A stretch of DNA of 64,000 nucleotides. Origin: Candidatus Multivoradales bacterium. Lineage in GTDB: Bacteria; Acidobacteriota; Thermoanaerobaculia; Multivoradales; J023. The notes under the pieces were generated by a model. That model was not told the origin of the DNA, did not search any database, and was given only the letters and a program-made list of their open reading frames with translations. The translations under genes and the position numbers were made by a program. The DNA lies in assembly GCA_965248925.1 (NCBI GenBank), contig CBDFLE010000006.1, positions 928,001 through 992,000 of the forward strand, in the 5' to 3' direction. Below are positions 1 to 8,300 of this stretch, one piece after another (within the stretch, counting starts at the first letter, position 1; each line of letters opens with the position of its first letter).

Positions 1-3000
1 TTTCCGCTGATTGCCGCCAAGATGGTCAACCTGACCCTCCGGCACGGGAACTCGCGGGTATCTGCATTCGCCTATGGCTACCTCGGCGTCATCCTCGGTA
101 CCTTTCGGGGTGACTACCAGACCGGACGCCAGCTCGGCGATCTTTCCCTTGCCCTGGCCAAGAGGCTGGAAGAACCGAGTCTCTATTGCAAGCTCTACTG
201 GATCCTTGGTGGTCTCAATAACCACTGGGCACGCCCGATCCGCTCCAACATCCCGCTGCTGCGCAAGAGCATCGAGCACGGCCTCGAGTCGGGGGACTAC
301 GTCTTCGGCAGCTGGGCCTACTACTACCTGGTGATCAGCGCTCTGCTTTCGGGGCTCCATCTGCCGAGGATCCTCGAAGAAGCCGACGACGCTCTCGCCT
401 TCTTTCGCCAGACCAAGAACAAGACCTATGCTGATCTCGAAGAGATCGTCCGCAACGTAGTGCTCAACCTACAGGGCGCCACCGCGGATCGGGCCTCCCT
501 GAGCTGCGAGGGATTCGACGAGGACTCCTGCATTCGAGACCTGCGGGCGCGTAGCCATGGCGCCGGCGTCGCCCGGTACCACGTGCTGAAAATGATGGTG
601 TTGTGTATCCACGAGCGCTACGCGGACGCTTGCGCTCTCGGGGCGCGGTCGGAGCAGACACTGGGATTCCTGACCGCCCAACCCTTGCTGGCCGAGCATT
701 CCTTCTACTACTCCATCTGTCTTTGCCGCCAGATGGAGCAGGTGGACGCCGCCGGCCAGGAAAGTTTTCGCGCCACCATCGCAAGCCATCTGAAGCGTCT
801 GGGGGAATGGGCGCAATCCTGTCCGGAGAACTTCCGCCACAAGAAGCTCCTAGTCGAGGCCGAGCTCGCGCGTTTCGACGGCCGCCCGGGGATCGCCCTA
901 GTGCGCTATGAAGAGTCGATCGACCTGGCGCGCGAGCACGGTTTCGTGCACAACGAGGCGCTGGCGCACCTGCTGGCCGGCCAGTACAGCGCCTCGTTGC
1001 GTCTGGCGACCGCCGCCAAGGCCCATCTGCGAAGTGCGCGAGACCTCTACTCCCGCTGGGGAGCCGGCAGTCGCGTCCAGGACCTGGAGGCGACTTACCC
1101 GGAAATTCAGCTTGGCAACGACCAGGACAGAGCTGTGGCTGGTGGGAGCTCGCCGACGGTCCATCTCGACGCCATGACTCTGGTCAAAGCAACCCGCGTG
1201 ATCTCGGAGGAGCTGCACCTCGACTCCCTTTTCCAGACGATGCTCGAGATCATGGTGGAAAGCGCCGGTGCCCAGAGCGGATACCTGTTCCAGGAACAGG
1301 ACGGGCGGTTGGTTCAGCGGGCGCGGAGTTGGGCCGACGTTGGCCGGGGCACGCTGCCCGAGCCGGTACCGGAGCAGATCCTGAATTACGTCCGGCGGAC
1401 AGGCGAGAAAATAGTCTTGAGCGATGCGAGCGAGGACACCACTTTCATGGCGGACCCGTTCGTCGCGTCTCGCCGAGTCAAGTCCCTGGTCTGCATGCCG
1501 ATGCATCGACAGGACGAGATCGTCGGCTTCTTGTTGTTCGAGAATTCGCAGCTGGTGGATACCTTCACCGATGCGCGGCTCGACATCCTCGACATCCTGG
1601 CGGCTCAGGCGGCCGTGTCGCTAGAGAACGCGCGGCTCTACAGCCAGTTGAACGAGCTGAACGAAAAGCTGGAGGGCCGCGTCGAGCGGCGCACGGCGGA
1701 ACTCGCCGAAGCTGCTCAGCAAGCCCTGGAACATCGCCTTGCGGCGGAGGCGGCCAACCAGGCCAAGAGCGAGTTCCTGGCCAAGATGAGCCACGAGATC
1801 CGCACACCGATGCACGCGGTCATCGGCATGGCCGAACTGCTCCTCGGCACCGGTCTCGACGCCTACCAGATGCGCTTCGCGGAGACCGTGCGCAGCAGCG
1901 GAGAGACTCTGCTCGCCCTGATCAACGACATCCTCGACTTCTCGAAGATCGAAGCGGGTGAGCTGAACCTCGAACGGGCCCCAGTCCTCCTGCGCGAGTG
2001 CCTGGAGCAGTCGGTCGAGGTCCTGGCAGCGGCGGCGGCGGCGAAGGACATCGAGCTGGAGTTTCGGGTCGACACCGACGTACCGATCGCGATCTTTGGC
2101 GATGCCGCGCGTCTGCGTCAGATCCTGCACAACCTGATCGGCAATGCCGTCAAATTCACGGCCGCTGGCGAGGTTTTTGTCGCCATGTCGTGCACGCTCT
2201 CGGACGACCGGGCCGGGCACGTCGAAATCGAGTTCTCGGTCCGCGATCACGGTATTGGCATCGATCCCGAGGCGGTCGACAGTATTTTCGACGCGTTCTC
2301 GCAACAAGACAGCTCCACCACCCGGCGGTTCGGCGGAACCGGCCTGGGCCTCTCCATCTGTCGGCATCTGGTGCGGGCGATGGGCGGCGAGATCCGGGTG
2401 CAGAGCGAGCCGGGTGTCGGCTCCACCTTCTCGTTCACCATCGAGGCGCCGATCGCGCCGCAGCCACGCCCGCACTACCTCGATCCCGAGCGTTCGGAAC
2501 TCGCCGGGCGTCAGGTCCTGGTCTTGCACGAGCAGGCGATCTACCGTGATCTCTTGCGCTATCACCTCGATGCGTGGGCTGTGCGAGTGGAGACGGCGGT
2601 GAGCGTCGAAGAGGCCGTGGAGCGATTCGCCGCGTCGCAGGACCCCTTCGACTGCATCATCGTCGATCGTTCGAGCGTCGCACTCGGCACCGAGCTGCAG
2701 GAAGAGCCGGTATTTTCCCAGGCGGCGATGATCATCTTGAGGTCCATCGTCGATCAGCCCCAGAAGGTGGACGATGGTAAGTCGTTTCTGACCAAACCAA
2801 TCGCGCCGGCGCGCCTCCACGCGCTGCTCTCGGAGGTTCTCGGGCTGGTGAAAGAAGGGCCCCGGCGACAAGGCATCGAGGCACGGCCGGAGACCGAGCC
2901 GCTGCGGTTTCCCCGCCGGATGTGGGTCTTGCTCGCCGAAGACAACCCGGTCAACCAGCTGGTGGCCGAGGCCTCGCTCGAGCGATTGGGGATTCAGGTC

Positions 3001-3399
3001 GAGATCGTCGAGAACGGTGTCGAGGTGATCGCCGCCATGCGCCGCCGGCCCTATGACCTGATCTTGATGGATGTACAGATGCCCGAGCTGGATGGCCTGG
3101 AGACGACACGGAGGATTCGCTCTGATACCAGTGTGCCGCAGCCGTACATCATCGCGATCACGGCCAACGCCACCATCCAGGATCGCCAGCAGTGCCTGGC
3201 GACGGGAATGGACGATTACATCCGCAAGCCCTTTCGGCTGGAGGATCTTCGAGCTAGCCTGAGCCGCTTCGCCGCCACTCTGCTTGGCGGGTCGGAGGCC
3301 GCGCCGATGCCGGGCGGCGGCACTGCCAAAGAGGTGCTGCCAAAGAGGTGCTGCCAAAGAGGTGCCAAAGAGGTGCCAAACATCTCTTGGAAGAGGTGA
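1..3399 (+). CDS. Hybrid sensor histidine kinase/response regulator (C-terminal part of a kinase-AAA-GAF-HK type protein), 5'-truncated by the window edge
   Basis: GAF region (SLVCMPM), His[15 protein letters not shown], HATPase [10 protein letters not shown] and [10 protein letters not shown], receiver [10 protein letters not shown]...DVQMPELDG. The last ~25 aa and the stop are read from the repeat array. Confidence 0.92.
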   Translation, partial: FPLIAAKMVNLTLRHGNSRVSAFAYGYLGVILGTFRGDYQTGRQLGDLSLALAKRLEEPSLYCKLYWILGGLNNHWARPIRSNIPLLRKSIEHGLESGDYVFGSWAYYYLVISALLSGLHLPRILEEADDALAFFRQTKNKTYADLEEIVRNVVLNLQGATADRASLSCEGFDEDSCIRDLRARSHGAGVARYHVLKMMVLCIHERYADACALGARSEQTLGFLTAQPLLAEHSFYYSICLCRQMEQVDAAGQESFRATIASHLKRLGEWAQSCPENFRHKKLLVEAELARFDGRPGIALVRYEESIDLAREHGFVHNEALAHLLAGQYSASLRLATAAKAHLRSARDLYSRWGAGSRVQDLEATYPEIQLGNDQDRAVAGGSSPTVHLDAMTLVKATRVISEELHLDSLFQTMLEIMVESAGAQSGYLFQEQDGRLVQRARSWADVGRGTLPEPVPEQILNYVRRTGEKIVLSDASEDTTFMADPFVASRRVKSLVCMPMHRQDEIVGFLLFENSQLVDTFTDARLDILDILAAQAAVSLENARLYSQLNELNEKLEGRVERRTAELAEAAQQALEHRLAAEAANQAKSEFLAKMSHEIRTPMHAVIGMAELLLGTGLDAYQMRFAETVRSSGETLLALINDILDFSKIEAGELNLERAPVLLRECLEQSVEVLAAAAAAKDIELEFRVDTDVPIAIFGDAARLRQILHNLIGNAVKFTAAGEVFVAMSCTLSDDRAGHVEIEFSVRDHGIGIDPEAVDSIFDAFSQQDSSTTRRFGGTGLGLSICRHLVRAMGGEIRVQSEPGVGSTFSFTIEAPIAPQPRPHYLDPERSELAGRQVLVLHEQAIYRDLLRYHLDAWAVRVETAVSVEEAVERFAASQDPFDCIIVDRSSVALGTELQEEPVFSQAAMIILRSIVDQPQKVDDGKSFLTKPIAPARLHALLSEVLGLVKEGPRRQGIEARPETEPLRFPRRMWVLLAEDNPVNQLVAEASLERLGIQVEIVENGVEVIAAMRRRPYDLILMDVQMPELDGLETTRRIRSDTSVPQPYIIAITANATIQDRQQCLATGMDDYIRKPFRLEDLRASLSRFAATLLGGSEAAPMPGGGTAKEVLPKRCCQRGAKEVPNISWKR

Positions 3400-3581
3400 G
3401 TCCTGCCAAAGAGGTGCTGCCAAAGAGGTGCCAAACATCTCTTGGAAGAGGTGAGTCCTGCCAAAGAGGTGCCAAACATCTCTTGGAGGAGGTGAGTCTG
3501 CTGCCAAAGAGGTGCCAAACATCTCTTGGAGGAGGTGAGTCTGCCAAAGAGGTGCCAAACATCTCTTGGAGGAGGTGAGTC
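3323..3581. repeat. Tandem array of REP-like hairpin units
   Basis: 9 copies of CCAAAGAGGTG and 5 copies of CCAAACATCTCTTGGA(A/G)GAGGTGAGT. AAGAGGTG-CCAAA-CATCTCTT folds into a stem-loop. No unique spacers. Confidence 0.85.
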
Positions 3582-3800
3582 CAGTAACCACCTGCTCTCC
3601 TGGAATCGGCTGAGCCACCCACCCCTCGGCACGATTTAGGAGGGCAAGCTGAGCCAGAATCTCTGGTTCCCGCTCCGGGAGACTCAAAATATCGCCTACC
3701 GGCACTTTCCGGGTAGCCGTTGGCACCTTCCACCCACTCAGTGATCCTCAGAAAACTTCCTGGCCTGGCGATAACCCCGGCGCCGATCAAGCCGCTTCGC

Positions 3801-4736
3801 CTATCCGGGCGCCACGGACTCCAGAGCCCGAACAAAGGGCATCGCTGGAGGAAAACTTCCGTCGGGGAAACTGGCAGAGCAATCATCTGCCCTCAAGCGC
3901 TCGGCAGCAACGCGATAGGCGGCGACGAATTCAGCATACGCGCTCTCCAGCCGCCGCCGCTGGCGCCGGCTCCAGGCGTGGAAACGCGGTGCCGGTGACC
4001 TTCTTACCTGACTCGGCCGGTGGTGGGGATGAACTCTCCGAGCACGACGGGGACCTATTGGCTCAGTGCCGCGTTCGGCGTGCATGGTCAGGGTCTGCTT
4101 TTCGATCTCCTCAATCAAGCTCCGCACTCGATCTTGCCGTGCATCTGGTGACAGATGCCGCCAACAAGGTAGCGGCTGGAGCGTGACCTCCATCTCTGTG
4201 ACGAACTCTCTTGGAGATGGAGCTTCCCTCCGTTGCCGGGCGGCGAATTCCCGACTCCGGTCGAACCAGGTGCCACGTAGAGGCTCGCCGGTCAGAAGCG
4301 TCCCGACCGAGTTCACTCCAGGCCAACAAGCTGGTGAGTAGACAACTCCCTCCTTGGCACCATGGCTCAGCAAGTAACGGAGGCGAGCGATTTGAACCAC
4401 GGCCTCATCAGCGACCACAATGGCACGGTAGCGACGGTTGAAGATCGTCCCTGGCCAGTCGTGTAGCTTGCCGATCTCTTTCGACAGGTTAGTGTTGAGG
4501 TGCTTCATGAAGCTCGCCAACCGTTCGCTATCCACTGGCGAAAGTAGAAGGTGGTAGTGGCTGGAGACCACCACGACGGCGTGAATGTCGACGGCGAACA
4601 GACCGCGAGCCTTGGCCAGGCAGCCAACGAAGATCTCGTTCAACTGCTGTCCTGGTCGCAACAAAAAGCGGCCCTGGATGGTTCGACAGGTGACTTCGAC
4701 CAGCATCCCAGAGCGGGGCAAGTAGCGTAGATTTCG
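3801..4736 (-). CDS. REP-associated (Y1/IS200-like HUH) tyrosine transposase, body; native start separated by the prophage
   Basis: RNLRYLPRSGMLVEVTCRTIQGRFLLRP; HUH motif SSHYHLL; RLRYLLSHGAKEG; WPGVNS. Lies next to the hairpin array. The first codons (ATG GGA CGA AAT CTA CGC TA) are at 42068-42049. Confidence 0.85.
   Translation of the reverse strand, partial: RNLRYLPRSGMLVEVTCRTIQGRFLLRPGQQLNEIFVGCLAKARGLFAVDIHAVVVVSSHYHLLLSPVDSERLASFMKHLNTNLSKEIGKLHDWPGTIFNRRYRAIVVADEAVVQIARLRYLLSHGAKEGVVYSPACWPGVNSVGTLLTGEPLRGTWFDRSREFAARQRREAPSPREFVTEMEVTLQPLPCWRHLSPDARQDRVRSLIEEIEKQTLTMHAERGTEPIGPRRARRVHPHHRPSQVRRSPAPRFHAWSRRQRRRLESAYAEFVAAYRVAAERLRADDCSASFPDGSFPPAMPFVRALESVAPG
4723..4736. other. Prophage att core, left junction (TAGCGTAGATTTCG)
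   Basis: Identical to 42049-42062. Confidence 0.88.
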
Positions 4737-4764
4737 GATCTGCGTTTGTTTGCCGCCACTTGCG

Positions 4765-5059
4765 TGGCACCTGTCCAATCCCTGCTCGTGGTGCTCGATC
4801 GCCCGATCGACCTCGCCCAAACGCGTGTAAGTGTTGCCCAGGTTGCCGAGGTGTCTCGCCTCGCCGCGGCGATCGCCGATCTCCCGAGAGATCTTCAGTG
4901 CAGGCTCGTAGTGCTCGATCGCCCGATCGGCCTTGCCCAAATCCCCGTAGGCTGCTCCCAGAAGACTTCGGGAAGGAGATCGCGGACTACTTGGCGCTCA
5001 GGACCGAGCCCTCCAGGCGAAGCAATGAAGATTCGATACTTGGTGATCTGCTCTGCCAC
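4765..5059 (-). pseudogene. Relic of a DUF4062/TIR-like + TPR gene (internally deleted)
   Basis: GTG at 5059 gives AEQITKYRIFIASPGGLGPERQVV (DUF4062-like start). It is joined out of frame to TPR repeats AYGDLGKADRAIEHYE...GEARHLGNLGNTYTRLGEVDRAIEHHEQGL. Confidence 0.65.
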
Positions 5060-5122
5060 GGAACAACTCTCCACGATACGCAATACGTTTGCGCAGTAGG
5101 GTACCACCCTTGTAGCCGACGC

Positions 5123-5341
5123 TTATATCCCAAGTGGCCCGTCTAGCCGTCGCTGGCGTTCGTCGACGCGCACCTCGAGAGCCGTAAGCCGGGCCAAGAA
5201 CTTGCTGTCTTTGAGCGCCTGCACCTCGTCGCTCAGATGGTCGACAGCCGACTTGAGCCGGGCAGCGAACCAGATCGCAGCGCCAAGCTCTGTGGCCAAG
5301 AACAGCGTGATGGGCACCACCCACCCTGGCAAGTCAAACAT
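5123..5341 (-). CDS. Small single-TM coiled-coil phage protein (holin/XhlA-like candidate)
   Basis: 72 aa, N-terminal hydrophobic helix then a heptad-like tail; directly follows the tape measure gene. Confidence 0.5.
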   Translation of the reverse strand: MFDLPGWVVPITLFLATELGAAIWFAARLKSAVDHLSDEVQALKDSKFLARLTALEVRVDERQRRLDGPLGI

Positions 5342-5358
5342 ATTCGGTCCCTCTCTCG

Positions 5359-8300
5359 TTAGGCGCCGGCGCCGCGTAGTGCAGCCTGGCGATCCATGAT
5401 CCGTGTTTGTGACGAGGCGTGCGTTCGCAGCCCCTCAACGCCACCTCGCACCCCGCGGGCAATGGCGTTCCCCTCTTCGGCTGCCACTCGCAACCGGCGC
5501 AGCTCTTCAGCTGCCAGTTCCTGGCCCCGCACCATTCGCGTCATCTGCCCACTCTGCTGCGGTCTCCGCGCGGTCAGGTGCTGAGCCAGCCGCTCAAGTT
5601 CGAAAGTTGCGGCGGTGTTGCTGTAGGTAGCCGGGCTGGCATGCAGCGCGCGCAGGGTGTCAGGGCTGAGGGTCGTGGTGATCGCGCCGCCGAAGATGCT
5701 GCCGGCCAGGCTGGAGAAATCGACCCCGCCAAGCCCGGCCGCGATCTGCCGAATCAACTCGAAGAGGTCGAAGTAGGACTCGGTGCCTTGGCCGTAGTTC
5801 GCCTGGCCCAGTTGCAATATTTGCGGCAGCAGCCGCAATAGCTCTTGGCGGGCCTCGGCTGCCTCCTGAGTATTCCCCTGGGCCAGCTCGCGCAACTCGG
5901 CGAGACGAGCCATCGCCTCGTCAAGTTGCAACTCATCAGTCAAGGGCGAGAGATCGCCGAATGTCAGGCTGTTGTAGAGGTCTTCGAAACCACTGCGCAT
6001 CCGCTCGAGCAGTTCCTCCAATGCTTGAGCCGCGCGGTCTGCGTCAGAGGATCCACCGCCGCCATACTGTGGCGGCGGTGGATAGAAGTCGACAGGTGGT
6101 GGAGGTGGCTCTGGCGGGCCACTAGCCGACCCCCCGCCGCCACTAGCCGACCCCCCGCCACTAGCCGACCCACCACCACTAGCCGACCCGTCGCCACTAG
6201 CCGACCCGTCGCCCACAACGATCTCGATATTGGGAGGCTCGACCGGATCTTGAAGCGCGTCAAGCGCATCCTGATGCGCTTGTGTTATCTGCCCTAGTAG
6301 CTCCTCAATGGTCAAACCGAGCTGGGAAAAAGCTCCCGCGGCCGCTAGCTCTATGGCGGTCAGCCGAGCCTGCTCGTACTGCAAATTGACCATGATCTCA
6401 GCGAGCCCCTCGGTCTCGACACCCAGAGACCGCAGTGAGTCGAGGTACTGAACCCCCAGCTGCTCGTTGTAGGCCGCTTGCAGAGAGTTGACCTCGTCGT
6501 AGCTCTCGCCCAGGAGGTCGAGCTGTTGCCTCGCAAGATCGAAATCTACGGCTGAGGAGCGCACCGCTTGCTGTAGCTGGGAGACCTGGTCGACCTCGTC
6601 GCGGTAGCTCTGTAGTAGCGCGTCGTGCTCGCCGCGAAGCTCAGTCAGGTACGCCTGCTCCAAACCAGCCCGGAACTCATCAGCGAAATCCTGCCCCATC
6701 GACAACCGGAGGATCTCGCCGATGATGTCGTCGATCTGCTGATTTCGAGCGACAGCTGCTTCTTGCAGATCGGTGATCATGCCGGTTTCGCGTTGGCGCA
6801 TGAGGGACAGCTCGCGGCGGAAATCCCGGCGCCGAGACTCCCGCTCTTGCACACCGCTACCGCTGCCGCCAATGTTGCCACCTCCGGGCCTACCGACTCC
6901 GCCACCACCGCCTCCGCCACTGAAATCAGTATCGAGCAGGTTCTGAGCCTGGTCGCGCAAGCGCTCCATGAACGCCAGCAGATTTCGATCAGTGCTCTCG
7001 AGCAGCCGCAGTTGCTCAATCAGTATCGTGATCCTGCTTAGCTCCGTGGCGAAACGGATCTTTTCGGCCCAGGCGATGGCCTCTTGGCTGCCTACCAATT
7101 GGCCCAGGCTGGCGAGCACATCACCCTCGACGGTTGCCGCGAAGGCTCGAATACCCTCCTCCAGGCGTTCCAGGTCGACCCCCGACACGGTCAGGCCAAG
7201 ACTGTCGGCCTCCTCTTCGGCGTCGGAGATTGACCGGGTCAATCCATCGACGGCCACGGCCGTGGAGTCGAGACCAGTGCCGGCTAGGTCGATGCGCGAG
7301 GTGAACCCTTCGATGTCCTCCCCGATTCTGTCGATGTCCTCGCCGAGATCTCCAGGCGGCCTGAGTGGGCTGTCGTCGATTTTTTCGCCTAGCTCGACGA
7401 ACGTCTCACCGAGAGAGGCAAAGCGCTCTTCAACCTCTTTCGCTGCCTCGAGCTGCTGGCTGGCCTGCTCACGCAGAGATTGAGCCAGCTCGAATCGAGA
7501 AGTGTCGACTCCAAACAGGGCGTCGATCTGGGCATTGAGACCTGCGGCCACATCATCGAGCTGCTGCTGGACAAGCAGGGTACCGTCCTCGACGGAGAGT
7601 CCATACTTGCGTATCGACTCAAACAGGTTTTTGGCATCGGCCTCAATAGTGACGTACTGCTGGCGATAGGGGTTTTCGCCGCCTACCCCGTCGAGTAGGC
7701 GGGCCAGCGGGATCGCCTCAGTGACCAGCTCCTCTACTGAGGTGATTCCACCGTGCAGACCATCTAGCAACAGCTGCACGTTGTGACCGATGCTGCCAAA
7801 CTCCGATTGCGAAAGTGATTCCACAATCCCGAAGTCGAGAGCATCATTGAAGCTCTCGAACGATTTCTCGACATCCCCTACTTTGGCAATATATTCTTTT
7901 CCATCTTGGCGCAGGCGTATACCAATGCCCGCGTAACTTTCAACAACGCCACCAAAGGCTCCGATTATCACTTCGATTTCGTCGATTATACCCTCCGTGA
8001 ATTCGCGCGCCCCTTCGAAACCTGCAATATGCTCATTGGGCGGCTGGCCAACAAAATGAGCTTCCCGGTCACCTTCTTGAATGTATCCAATACCTAAACT
8101 GGTATAGTTTTTAGCCGCTTGCTTCGCCCTCCAGCGGGCATCAAGCTCTTGCACGATGATCACAGTAGCTGCGGCGGCAAGCCCCGCCCAGACAGCTGGA
8201 TTGACCGTTGCTTTGCCAAACAAGCCGAGTGCATTGCCACCACTTGCAGCACCAGCGCCAGCACCGGCGCCAGTGGCTGCCGCACCCGCGCCGCTACCCG

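Noticed and set aside
3323-3581. CRISPR array
   Set aside because: The units abut with no unique spacers and there are no cas genes; better explained as REP-like hairpins.
1621-3726. 701-aa minus-strand ORF
   Set aside because: Antisense shadow of the high-GC kinase gene plus translated repeats.
3801-4940. Native TPR-transposase fusion protein (379 aa)
   Set aside because: The fusion point coincides with the att core, and the natural start is at 42068, so the ORF is an integration by-product.
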